Part shown: positions 11,908 through 23,122 of the stretch, one piece after another | Layout of the letters: the number at the start of each line of letters is the position of its first letter | Numbering within the stretch: the first letter of the stretch is position 1 | Assembly: GCF_004010195.1 (NCBI RefSeq) | Contig: NC_057754.1 | Coordinates: 1,392,269-1,456,268 of the forward strand | Direction: 5' to 3' | Length of the DNA stretch: 64,000 nt | Origin: Chiloscyllium plagiosum | Lineage: Eukaryota | Translations under genes and position numbers: made by a program | The notes under the pieces: model-generated | The model's database searches: none | Told to the model about the DNA's origin: nothing | The model's input: only the letters and a program-made list of their open reading frames with translations

Positions 11908-13289
11908 TGTCTCTTCGCAACCAAAACCTGATCACACCAAGGGAGGGACAATTAACCTGTGTTCTCCTGAAACTGATGCCAGCCTTGTTACAGCCTGCTC
12001 TGTCACTCAGTCCAATAGCTGATCTGATTGTAGTCTCCTCTTTTACTATCCAGCCACCCCACCCTGCTGTAAGCTTCAACTCCCTCATCAATCCTAAACC
12101 CGTCTAACTCAGCCTTCAATGTACACAATGGCCCATCCTTTCCACTGGGCTCAGGCAAGTAAGCTCCCCATTTATGTCAAAGATCTATATTAAATCTGCC
12201 CGTCAGGTCCAATCTTCGGCTGTAATACTCTCAAGGGCACTTTCAGGCCCCACTCCCTTCCAATAGTAGCCGTGGGAAATTCTACACCATCACCACACAC
12301 ACACACACACACACGGGGTCACACTAACACACAGACACAAACGGGAACGGGAACGGGGACGGGGACGGGGACGGGGACGGGGACGAACAAACACTTTGAT
12401 GGATCATCTTAAAGACAGCACTGATCCTTCACACTGACCTCACTCAATCCCCCCCCTCACCTACAGCACCCTCAGAAACTCACTCATTCCTCTCCCTCAC
12501 TCCCTCAGACACCCATTGCACTCCTCTCCTTCCCTCAAACCTTCCCACCAACCGTCTCNNNNNNNNNNNNNNNNNNNNNNNNNNNNNNNNNNNNNNNNNN
12601 NNNNNNNNNNNNNNNNNNNNNNNNNNNNNNNNNNNNNNNNNNNNNNNNNNNNNNNNNNNNNNNNNNNNNNNNNNNNNNNNNNNNNNNNNNNNNNNNNNNN
12701 NNNNNNNNNNNNNNNNNNNNNNNNNNNNNNNNNNNNNNNNNNNNNNNNNNNNNNNNNNNNNNNNNNNNNNNNNNNNNNNNNNNNNNNNNNNNNNNNNNNN
12801 NNNNNNNNNNNNNNNNNNNNNNNNNNNNNNNNNNNNNNNNNNNNNNNNNNNNNNNNNNNNNNNNNNNNNNNNNNNNNNNNNNNNNNNNNNNNNNNNNNNN
12901 NNNNNNNNNNNNNNNNNNNNNNNNNNNNNNNNNNNNNNNNNNNNNNNNNNNNNNNNNNNNNNNNNNNNNNNNNNNNNNNNNNNNNNNNNNNNNNNNNNNN
13001 NNNNNNNNNNNNNNNNNNNNNNNNNNNNNNNNNNNNNNNNNNNNNNNNNNNNNNNNNNNNNNNNNNNNNNNNNNNNNNNNNNNNNNNNNNNNNNNNNNNN
13101 NNNNNNNNNNNNNNNNNNNNNNNNNNNNNNNNNNNNNNNNNNNNNNNNNNNNNNNNNNNNNNNNNNNNNNNNTCCCTCAGACCCCCACCTCCCTCTCACA
13201 CGCGCCCAACCCCAACCCCAACCCCTCCCTCCAAACCCCCTCAGTCCCTCACCCAGTTCCTCTCTCTCCACCTGGTGACCCGTGGACCC

Positions 13290-14290
13290 TGGAAATTGCC
13301 TTTACCTCCCGCCCCCTGCCCCACTCTGCGCCAATCACGTCGCCGTCTGTCTGACAGACGGACCGATTCACCAATAGACGCGGGAATCTCGACGGATGAC
13401 TGCTCCCTTGGCCAATCGGTCTCTTCCTTTGGTCGGAGGGTGTGGCAGGACCGGAAGGCTTCTCCAATCAGAACCCGGAGGGCGGACGCTGGGCCGCGGT
13501 CTCCTCCAATCGGACGCTGCTCGGAATGGGGCGGGCGGGTCGGCGCGGCTTCTCCAATCGAGACGAGGCAACCCATCCGGACGGACAGCTACAACAACCA
13601 ATGGGACCTGTCAGCCCGCTGAGGAGGCGGGGTCTCGAGACAACTAATCGTTGCTCGCGTTGTTTTGTGATGGACAGTCACCTCAACCCATGGGGCCCGC
13701 GCAGGAGCGCGGTGAGGCGAGGCGTGGCCACGGCCCCCTCCAATCAGAGTGAGGGGGCGGCACCACACGGTTTTTAAATAGTCACGTGGAGTAACGGTTG
13801 GAGACCCGGGAATCCTTACTAACGTGCCGCTACATAAAAAAGTGACAATAAAACCCGAGTCCGGAGAACGACCTGAGGGAAAATTAAAAAAAGAAAATCG
13901 AGGGGAATACATAGAGCTCGACGCAGCCCTGCAGTGATTGACGTGCGGAACAACCAATCGGCGGGCGGGCATCCCGGCAAACCGTCCAATCGGGGGTCGG
14001 GGGGGTGGGACGGTGACGGGGTGAGAGGTCAACTCCCGGCGAGCGGCTAAATGCAACGAATCCAATCGGGGAAAAAAAACCACATTAGACACACACGATG
14101 TGAGAAAATGCAACTCCCGTGGGATTTCTTTTTTTTTGTCTCTCTTTTATGATTTTAAATTCGAGGTGGGTTTGGGTGGTTCCGGCTCGGGGAGGGTTTA
14201 GAGCCGGGCGCCTTTCCCGGTGAATGTGTCCGTCCCACCGGAAGTGTCCGGGTTGGATTCCGGCTCTTGTCCCCCCCCCGGTAAAGGTTG
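13290..14290. promoter_or_regulatory. CpG-island bidirectional promoter between DPP3 (-) and DMAC1 (+)
   Basis: CpG-rich; CCAAT at 13331, 13371, 13412, 13464, 13506, 13554, 13598, 13740, 13954, 13986, 14062; GC boxes; GTCACGTG E-box about 13781; CCGGAAGT ETS site about 14238; flanked by divergent coding exons. Confidence 0.85.
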
Positions 14291-14292
14291 TG

Positions 14293-14458
14293 ATGGCGCC
14301 TCCCGGCCGGCTCGGGGATTGCCGGGGCTGCCGCCTGGTGTGCGGGCTCGGCCTGCTCGGGGCCGGCGGCTACGTCTTCGCCTCGGCCCGGCGCCTGATG
14401 CGGAAGACGGGCGCGGCCCCCGGCCCGGGGACGGTGGGTCAGATCGTCTTCGCCTTGG
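14293..14458 (+). CDS. DMAC1: Distal membrane arm assembly component 1 (TMEM261/C9orf123), coding exon 1
   Basis: MAPPGRLGDCRGCRLVCGLGLLGAGGYVFASARRLMRKTGAAPGPGTVGQIVFAL-G|gtgggt; the CxxCR..GLGL.GAGGYV pattern is typical of DMAC1. An in-frame upstream ATG at 14224 is an alternative start. Confidence 0.88.
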
Positions 14459-14554
14459 GTGGGTACAGCAGCGAGGGGACGGGAGGAGCGGCCTCAGGAC
14501 ATCACTCCCCGCCCCCCCCCTCCCCCCACCACCAAAAAACACCCCCACTCCAGC

Positions 14555-14805
14555 TTGCTATTCGACTGAGTGGGGCATCACACATTGAGCTTGTGATCAG
14601 CCTCCTCCCTGCCCCATGAGTGTCTTATTGCTATTCGACTGAGTGGGGCATCACACATTGAGCTTGTGATCAGCCTCCTCCCTGCCCCATGAGTGTCTTA
14701 TTGCTATTCGACTGAGTGGGGCATCACACATTGGGCTTCTGATCAGCCTCCTCCCTCTCTCTTCCCCACCCCACGAGTGTCGTTTTGCTATTCGACCGTG
14801 TGATA
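14555..14805. repeat. 73-bp tandem repeat, about 3.3 copies, in the DMAC1 intron
   Basis: TTGCTATTCGACTGAGTGGGGCATCACACATTG... at 14555, 14628, 14701 and a degenerate start at about 14785. Confidence 0.9.
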
Positions 14806-15569
14806 CCGTGACCATCTCTCTCTCTCTCTCTCTCTCCCCCCGATACCCCTGGACTGATCCCCAGGAATGGCAGGACCAACTGAACGAGGAGAGACCGGAC
14901 TGGACCAGACCGACTGGGCTTGTACCTGCTGGAAGTCCGAAGAGTGAGGAGGGGATGGGGTGGAATTTCACAGAAATGTGCAGAATCCTCCTGGGAGGGC
15001 GGATGGGAAGAATGTTCCCGATGTTGGGGGGAGGGGGTGGGGTGTCACTGTCTGACAGTAAGGGGGTAAAGTAAGCCATTCACGAGTGAGATAAGGAAGA
15101 ATTTCTTCATTTGTTGTGAACCCGTGGTATTATTTCCCAGAGGAAGCTGCTGGGGGCCCCTTTTCTTAGATATAGCCAAGAGGGAGCTGGACGTGGCCCC
15201 ATGCAGCTGAAGGGATCAAGGGGTATGGAGAGAAAGTGGGAGTGGGATACTGAGGTTGCATGGATTAGCCACGATGGTATTGAATGGTGGGGCAGGTTGG
15301 AAGGGCTGAATGGCCTACTCCTGCACTTATTCGTTTTCTTACCCCTCACCTTATTCCAGACATCTCTCATCCCCCCCTTTACTCTTCCCCCCCCCACCCC
15401 ACAATACATGGCACTGCCTCTCACACCACCCCACACATCCCTTCCACTTCTCCCTTTTCTCCTGCATGGAGTGTGTAATTTTGCTATTCAACTGCGGTGG
15501 CCGAAATGGCCGCTGTGCTCTCAGATTCCCAATGGCTTATGCTTCCCTCTCTGTCTCTCCCCATGACAG

Positions 15570-15631
15570 GTCTGGCTTCCTGGGGCGTGGTGATGTTAGT
15601 AAACCCGGAGACGAAATCGCCAACAAAGTAG
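15570..15631 (+). CDS. DMAC1: DMAC1 coding exon 2 (terminal)
   Basis: Polypyrimidine tract plus cag|GT CTG GCT TCC TGG GGC GTG GTG ATG...AAG TAG; (G)LASWGVVMLVNPETKSPTK*; phase 1 matches exon 1; resembles the DMAC1 C-terminal A.WG.VV. helix. Confidence 0.87.
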
Positions 15632-15970
15632 TCAAGGCTGGGCAAGAGCTGCAGCAGGAGCAATCGCGAGGGACAGGAGAGTCGTCAGAGTGAACACTAA
15701 CCATGACATCTGAAACTCACTGGCACGGTGACGGGAGGGAGAGAGAATTCAAGTGACTGATCTCCCCTGAAGGGAATCCTAGTAGCACTTTTCACGATGT
15801 GGAAAGAACTAACTTCTAAACCAGTTTCTCAACGAGTCTCTCCTGGGAATACAGGAGAAGCAGAGTTTGTGTTGAAGTGATGTGAATTTCTCTGTGTGCG
15901 CGTGCATGTATGTGTAATCAATGCTTCTGTGCGATTCTGATCACTGTAACCCCTTTCTGTCACACACTGA

Positions 15971-15976
15971 ATTAAA
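15971..15976 (+). terminator. Candidate DMAC1 polyadenylation signal ATTAAA
   Basis: ATTAAA about 340 nt after the stop codon, at the end of unique sequence before SINEs begin. Confidence 0.5.
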
Positions 15977-16029
15977 GTCACAGTGACGAGCAGGAACTCT
16001 GCTCAATCCACTAGCTTTTTCGTAAGTTG

Positions 16030-16472
16030 GCTCCAGCGCCAGGGGCCCAAAGTTTGTACATTCTACCTGTAGCTGCGTGGGTTTCCTCCCACAGTCCAAA
16101 GATGTGCAGGTTAGGGTGGACCGGCTGTGCTAAATTTTCCACAGCATCCACGGATGGGCATGCTAGGTAGGTTAGATTAGATTACTTACAGTGTGGAAAC
16201 AGGCCCTTCGGCCCAACAAGTCCACACCGACCCGCCGAAGCACAACCCACCCAGACCCATTCCCCTAACAATACGGGCAATTTAGCGCGGCCAATTCACC
16301 CAACCTGCACATTTTTGAACTGCGGGAGGAAACCGGAGCACCCGGAGGAAACCCACGCAGACACGGGGAGAATGTGCAAACTCCACACAGACAGTCGCCT
16401 GAGGTGGGAATTGAACCCGGGTCTCTGGTGCTGTGAGGCAGCAGTGCTAACCACTGAGCCACCGTGCAGCCC
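16030..16472. mobile_element. Partial HE1 (+, about 16030-16170) abutting a full HE1 (-, about 16172-16472)
   Basis: HE1 consensus on opposite strands, joined at a (TTAGA)n tail. Confidence 0.85.
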
Positions 16473-17796
16473 ACAGCAGTGAGAAATACAGGGATTGGAT
16501 GGGTGGGGGGGAAATTAAACTGGGTGGGATAGTAAAGGGAGTGAGGGGGAAGAATGGGATTAGACTGGGTGGGGTATTAAAGGGAGTGGGATATTAAAGG
16601 GAGCAGAGGAGATTNNNNNNNNNNNNNNNNNNNNNNNNNNNNNNNNNNNNNNNNNNNNNNNNNNNNNNNNNNNNNNNNNNNNNNNNNNNNNNNNNNNNNN
16701 NNNNNNNNNNNNNNNNNNNNNNNNNNNNNNNNNNNNNNNNNNNNNNNNNNNNNNNNNNNNNNNNNNNNNNNNNNNNNNNNNNNNNNNNNNNNNNNNNNNN
16801 NNNNNNNNNNNNNNNNNNNNNNNNNNNNNNNNNNNNNNNNNNNNNNNNNNNNNNNNNNNNNNNNNNNNNNNNNNNNNNNNNNNNNNNNNNNNNNNNNNNN
16901 NNNNNNNGGAGTGTGGGGGGGAAGAGCGGGATTAGACTGGGTGGGATATTAAAGGGAGCAGAGAGTGGAGGAGGTCTGAGAAAGTTGATGAGTTGGTTTG
17001 AATTTTCAAAAATTCCGTAGATTCTGGGAAGGTAACATTAGACTTAAAATAGCAAATTTAACTTCTGTATTCTATCAAGAGAGGGAGACAGAGAGCTGGG
17101 ACGCTGCTCATGTGTTACTTTAAGATCTGTGATGGAAGAAAGATGTTAGACACTATTCAAAGTGTTTCCACAGGGCACTTGGGAAAAGGCAAGGTCCCCA
17201 GGCAGAGTATGCTCAAAGGGAGGTCATGCTATCCTCAATTACTGGCTCGCAGTTCTGGTCACCACGTTATAGGAGGGAGGGTGCAGAGGAGGATTTACTG
17301 GGATGTTGCCTGCATCAGTGGGTCTGAGCCATGATCAAAGATTGGAAAGGCTGGGATTGTTTTCCTTGAACTGCGGAGTTTAGGAGGGAACCTGATGGGT
17401 GTGTATGAGATTACAAGGGGAATGGATAGGGTGGATAACGAATAGTGGGGTCAAGAACTCGGGGAAGTAGATTGAAGGTAAGAGGTGAGTTGAGGAGAAT
17501 TTTCTTTTTGCTGGGAGTCTGAAACTCTCAGAACATTTAAAAAGCTTTCTGACTTCCGCATTGCCTCCAGGGCGAGGGGCCGTAGCCTGGAAAATGATAG
17601 GAGCGTGGTCAGGTTTTTGTTAACTGGCCTGGAGATGAGGGGCCGAATGGCCTGTTTCTGTGATGTACTCGCCGATATGTTACTTTGGAAATATCTCGCC
17701 GTTCCCTCAGTGTGGCCGGGTCAGAATCCTGGGATTCCCTCCCTAAGCGACGCTGTGGGTCTACCCACAGCACATGGACTGCAGCGGGTCAAGAAG

Positions 17797-18296
17797 NNNN
17801 NNNNNNNNNNNNNNNNNNNNNNNNNNNNNNNNNNNNNNNNNNNNNNNNNNNNNNNNNNNNNNNNNNNNNNNNNNNNNNNNNNNNNNNNNNNNNNNNNNNN
17901 NNNNNNNNNNNNNNNNNNNNNNNNNNNNNNNNNNNNNNNNNNNNNNNNNNNNNNNNNNNNNNNNNNNNNNNNNNNNNNNNNNNNNNNNNNNNNNNNNNNN
18001 NNNNNNNNNNNNNNNNNNNNNNNNNNNNNNNNNNNNNNNNNNNNNNNNNNNNNNNNNNNNNNNNNNNNNNNNNNNNNNNNNNNNNNNNNNNNNNNNNNNN
18101 NNNNNNNNNNNNNNNNNNNNNNNNNNNNNNNNNNNNNNNNNNNNNNNNNNNNNNNNNNNNNNNNNNNNNNNNNNNNNNNNNNNNNNNNNNNNNNNNNNNN
18201 NNNNNNNNNNNNNNNNNNNNNNNNNNNNNNNNNNNNNNNNNNNNNNNNNNNNNNNNNNNNNNNNNNNNNNNNNNNNNNNNNNNNNNNNNNNNNNNN
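17797..18296. other. Assembly gap of exactly 500 N (probable fixed-size scaffold join)
   Basis: Counted length 500; other gaps in the window have irregular sizes. Confidence 0.85.
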
Positions 18297-19678
18297 GTGG
18301 CCATTCAGCCCATCACACCCAGCCTCCCTCACACAGCAGGGGGATGGCCATTCAGCCCATCACACCCAGCCTCCCTCACACAGCAGGGGGATGGCCATTC
18401 AGCCCATCACACCCAGCCTCCCTCACACAGCAGGGGGATGGCCATTCAGCCCATCACACCCAGCCTCCCTCACACAGCAGGGGGATGGCCATTCAGCCCA
18501 TCACACCCAGCCTCCCTCACACAGCAGGGGGATGGCCATTCAGCCCATCACACCCAGCCTCCCTCACACAGCAGGGGGATGGCCATTCAGCCCATCACAC
18601 CCAGCCTCCCTCACACAGCAGGGGGGTGGCCATTCAGCCCATCACACCCAGCCTCCCTCACACAGCAGGGGGGTGGCCATTCAGCCCATCACACCCAGCC
18701 TCCCTCACACAGCAGGGGGGTGGCCATTCAGCCCATCACACCCAGCCTCCCTCACACAGCAGGGGGGTGGCCATTCAGCCCATCACACCCAGCCTCCCTC
18801 ACACAGCAGGGGGGTGGCCATTCAGCCCATCACACCCAGCCTCCCTCACACAGCAGGGGGGTGGCCATTCAGCCCATCACACCCAGCCTCCCTCACACAG
18901 CAGGGGGGTGGCCATTCAGCCCATCACACCCAGCCTCCCTCACACAGCAGGGGGGTGGCCATTCAGCCCATCACACCCAGCCTCCCTCACACAGCAGGGG
19001 GGTGGCCATTCAGCCCATCACACCCAGCCTCCCTCACACAGCAGGGGGGTGGCCATTCAGCCCATCACACCCAGCCTCCCTCACACAGCAGGGGGGTGGC
19101 CATTCAGCCCATCACACCCAGCCTCCCTCACACAGCAGGGGGGTGGCCATTCAGCCCATCACACCCAGCCTCCCTCACACAGCAGGGGGGTGGCCATTCA
19201 GCCCATCACACCCAGCCTCCCTCACACAGCAGGGGAATGGCCACTCAGCCCATCACACCCAGCCTCCCTCACACAGCAGGGGAATGGCCACTCAGCCCAT
19301 CATACCTAGCCTCCCTCACACAGCAGGGGAATGGCCACTCAGCCCATCACACCCAGCCTCCCTCACACAGCAGGGGGGTGGCCACTCAGCCCATCACACC
19401 CAGCCTCCCTCAAACAGCAGGGGGGTGGCCATTCAGCCCATCATACCCAGCCTCCCTCAAACAGCAGTGGGAAGGCCATTCAGCCCATCACACCCAGCCT
19501 CCCTCACACAGCAGGGGGGTGGCCATTCAGCCCATCACACCCACCCTCTCTCACACAGCAGGGGGATGGCCATTCAGCCCATCACACCCAGCCTCCCTCA
19601 AACAGCAGGTGGAGTCGGCCATTCAGCCCATCATACCCAGCCTCCCTCAAACAGCAGGGGGATGGCCATTCAGCCCAT
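18297..19678. repeat. 47-bp minisatellite, about 29 copies, extends into the gap
   Basis: Unit GGCCATTCAGCCCATCACACCCAGCCTCCCTCACACAGCAGGGGG(A/G)T, period 47. Confidence 0.97.
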
Positions 19679-20305
19679 AATGATCCCAGAGTATCTCCAG
19701 TCTCCCTCCAAGTACGCCAAAGCCCCTCATCCCTGGGTTTTGTTCCCATAGATCTCCCTCCACACCCTCTCGAAGGGTCTCAGTGTCCTCACTAAAATCT
19801 GCACATCTTTGGATTGTAGGAGGAAACCGGAGCACCCATAGGAAACCTGCACAGACACGGGGGAGAACGCGCAAACTCCAAACAGAGAGCTGCCTGAGGA
19901 CAGAATCGAACCCGCTGGCGCTGTGAGGCAGCAGTGCTAACCACTGAGCCACTGTGCCCTCCACCCTCAACTCCATTGGTAGGAGAGACTAGGGCCTGAG
20001 GGCACAGCCTTAGAGTAAAGGGAAAACCTTTTAGAACGGAGATAAGGAGAAACCTCTTCAGTCAGAAAGTGCTGAATCTATGGAATTCATTACCACAGAA
20101 GGCTGTGGAGGCCAGGTCATTGAGTATATTTAAGACTGAGATAGATAAGTTCTTGAGTATCAAGGAGATCGAGGGTTCTGGGGAGAAAACAGGAGAATGG
20201 GGTTGAGAAACATATCAGCCATGATCGAATGGCAGAGCAGACTCAATGGGCTGAATGGCCTAATTTCTGCTCCGATGTCACCTGGTGTTGTGAAAGGGCT
20301 CTCAC

Positions 20306-20578
20306 CTCCTTCACCTGGTGCCACACATCCTGCTCGAGTGGGTTCACCTCCAGAGGGGGCAGGGTGAATTTGAAGTAGGGCCGGAGGTTCTTGTAGATGT
20401 AGATGTAGGGTCCGGAGGCTACGGCCACAGCGGGGGTCCTCGGCTCGTTGGTGTCCATCAGGAACGCCACCACTCCGGTCGGCACGTCAATCAGAGTGTT
20501 CTCCGACAGCATGGTGGTGCCTCGGTACACCTTCAACTTCACAGTGGACGGACCGGTGCCAAGGTCCCCGACAATCAG
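20306..20578 (-). CDS. BBS1: Bardet-Biedl syndrome 1, exon 4 equivalent (273 bp)
   Basis: cag|CTG ATT GTC GGG GAC...AAG GAG|gtgaga; LIVGDLGTG...EPRTPAVAVASGPYIYIYKNLRPYFKFTLPPLEVNPLEQDVWHQVKE. Confidence 0.97.
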
Positions 20579-20675
20579 CTGCAGGAACAATCCCCAGACC
20601 CACCCCGACACAAAACCACAGGTTACACAGGAGCTCATTCAAACCCTCACATCACAACAGGGGAACAGGCAGCTG

Positions 20676-21052
20676 TACTCTGTATCTAACCCCGGGCTGG
20701 CCCTGTCCTGGGAGTGTTTGATGGGGGGACAGTGTAGAGGGAGCTTTACTCCGTATCTAACCCCATGCTGTTCCTGTCCCTGGGTGTGTTTGATGGGGGG
20801 GACAGTGTAGAGGGAGCTTTACTCTGTATCTAACCCCGTGCTGTCCCTGTCCCTGGGGAGTGTTTGATGAGGGACAGTGTAGAGGAAGCTTTACTCTGTA
20901 TCTAACCCCGTGCTGTCCCTGTCCTGGGGAGTGTTTGATGGGGGACAGTGTAGAGGGAGCTTTACTCTGTATCTAACCCCGTGCTGTCCCTGTCCTGGGG
21001 AGTGTTTGATGGGGGACAGTGTAGAGGGAGCTTTACTCTGTATCTAACCCCC
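20676..21052. repeat. About 71-bp tandem repeat, about 5 copies
   Basis: ACTCTGTATCTAACCCCGTGCTGTCCCTGTCCTGGGGAGTGTTTGATGGGGGACAGTGTAGAGGGAGCTTT; unit starts at 20821, 20893, 20964, 21035. Confidence 0.92.
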
Positions 21053-22282
21053 CTAAGCAGACAAAACTCTGTGAATCGGAGAGTCTGAAACCTGTGTGCT
21101 GTGTCTCGGAGAGCAGGAACATTTGTTGTGTCCGGAGGATTGAAGGGACGTGTCTCCAGAGGACATAAAGCTGCTCAGAACGATACCAACCGGAACGTCA
21201 TGGTGAACATATTTCAACACAACAAGAAAGACAGATGCAGAGACGAACTTGTTGTGCCTGTCCTTCTGAGGAATCGGTTTAGGAATGGCGACAATAATCC
21301 AGACCGCATGAAAAGAGGGGGCTGTTTGATCAGGAGAAGCTGCAGGAACTGACTGCTGGAATAATCCCAGTCTTGGTGAAACAGTGTGCTTTCAGGACAT
21401 ATTCCTTTCGCCCGGAAGGGGCAGGGCCTTATGTGTGACTGAGTGGAGCTTCTAGTGCGGGTAGATGATCCACACTGCCCAGGAACCTTCAATAGGATCT
21501 GGTCTCATTCTGAACAGTCAGGGTCTCTCAGCATCTCGTGGATGGGACACCGTGAGCTAGGGTTTGCCGGGGCCCGACGTGATGATACTGTGGCTTTAAC
21601 TGGGGTATTCTGTCCTGGTTCCTTTTCGACAGAGACTGGGGCAGGGAGGGGACACGGCAGGCTATGAGAAGATAAACAATTTGCGAGGCCTGGGCGGGGG
21701 TGGTTTGTTTTAAAAAGTTGGAACAATAGACGCAGCCTGAATGGGTGTGTTTGAGTTGCCACGGAACCAGGATCCTCAGTTTAGCTTTCAGCAGTTGGGG
21801 GTCTAGCTAGTTTTCGTCCCCACCCTCGATTACAGCCAATAGCTGGGGGGGGGGTGCTCTCCCTGAGCTGGGAGTCACGTGTGAGGCCATCTTATTTTCT
21901 GAATTTGTCATTTTTGCCATGAATGTGTTTCTGAGACGGTTCTATACTGGAACAGTCACAATTACTGCAAGTTATTCTGTTACATTTGCCAACAGACTTT
22001 AATGATTCCAATTCCTTCTTTATTTTCTCGTATTTTAACTAGTGTGGATGAACAAAATGTGTTTTGCCTTAAAACCGGCAGTTTGAGCAATCGAATTGAA
22101 CGCAACACCTTCCATTTACCTTTAAAATGAGATAAAGCTCGCGAATAGACTGTCTCCTGACTATTTTGAATGTGGGCGGGGGGGAGTTTGGCCCAGTCCG
22201 TTTTTGACACCAAAGACACATAAAGTGACATACTGTCCTTTCAGCTTGTCCCCTTTTTGAAAACTGGAAGATATTCATCGTT

Positions 22283-22445
22283 CACACGACACCAGGTTAC
22301 AGTCCAACAGGTTTATTTGAGATCACAAGCTTTCGGAGCGCTGCCCCTTTGTCAGTGACACAGCTTGTGATCTCAAATCAACCAGTTGGGACGATAACCT
22401 GGTGCCGTGTGACTTCTGCCTTTGTCCCAACCCTGGCACCTCCCC
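22283..22445. mobile_element. Palindromic Penelope-like element (second family), shortened centre
   Basis: CACACGACACCAGGTTACAGTCCAACAGGTTTATTTGAGATCACAAGCT mirrored by AGCTTGTGATCTCAAATCAACCAGTTGG...TAACCTGGTGCCGTGTG; related fragments at 3366-3457 and 43583-43660. Confidence 0.68.
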
Positions 22446-22906
22446 ATCACAGGTCAGTTAGGGAGCTCTGCTGCATTCCCCATGGCAACACCCTGACCAA
22501 TCAAGAGATCACCTGCGACACAGGAAGTTAATGAGCTAACTAAAATGGACAGTTAACAGTCCCTGGTGTGTTTCCATGCCGACCATGGCCCAGCCAATCA
22601 GCTCCCTCTTCTCCTGCGGTATAAATTGTTGTTCCCTTTCCATGACTGCTTCCTTTGTCTGACTCCCTGGCAAGGAAAGCTTGGAGGCTGACAGCGATGT
22701 TTGAGTTCTGTGCCACCCAACGCTGCTTTGTGCGCTGACAGGAACGGGCAGGGCAGGGGAGGGGGGTTACAGGAGCGGCATTCCGAGAGTTTCCATTCGC
22801 AATCTGTGGGGATGTCGGAAAGCGTTTGGGAAACCTGACAATGACCATGCCTGACATACCAAGGCTCGCTCCTCAGAGATTAACCAGAAAGACCGTGTGC
22901 ACTCAC

Positions 22907-22941
22907 CTTGTTGTCTCCATCCCCATGCAAGTCTGCCAGAG
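22907..22941 (-). CDS. BBS1: BBS1 exon 3 equivalent (35 bp)
   Basis: cag|CT CTG GCA GAC TTG CAT GGG GAT GGA GAC AAC AAG|gtgagt; (A)LADLHGDGDNK; phase 1-0 fits both neighbours. Confidence 0.94.
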
Positions 22942-23122
22942 CTGAGGAAGGAAGAGACAAACTTGTTAGTGCAGGGTTAGCATCTCCCGGTGCTGTTCTG
23001 ATCCTGTGGGACAAAGCCTTGCAAAGGTCAGTACCAGAACAGGGCATCGGCCTGAGAAAGTGGTTTTTTTAAATGTTGTCATCTGAATTTTCAAAGGTGT
23101 TGCCTGAAGTTATTGAATTTGA

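Noticed and set aside
14220..14588. Alternative-frame and antisense GC-rich ORFs across the CpG island (13241-14588)
   Set aside because: Low-complexity R/G/P ORFs are expected from high GC; only the DMAC1 frame shows family motifs and a matching second exon.
17605..19795. Long 500-690 aa ORFs with HSAHHTQPP/QPITPSLP repeats
   Set aside because: They result from N-gap read-through plus a stop-free 47-bp minisatellite; the same peptide appears in all three frames.
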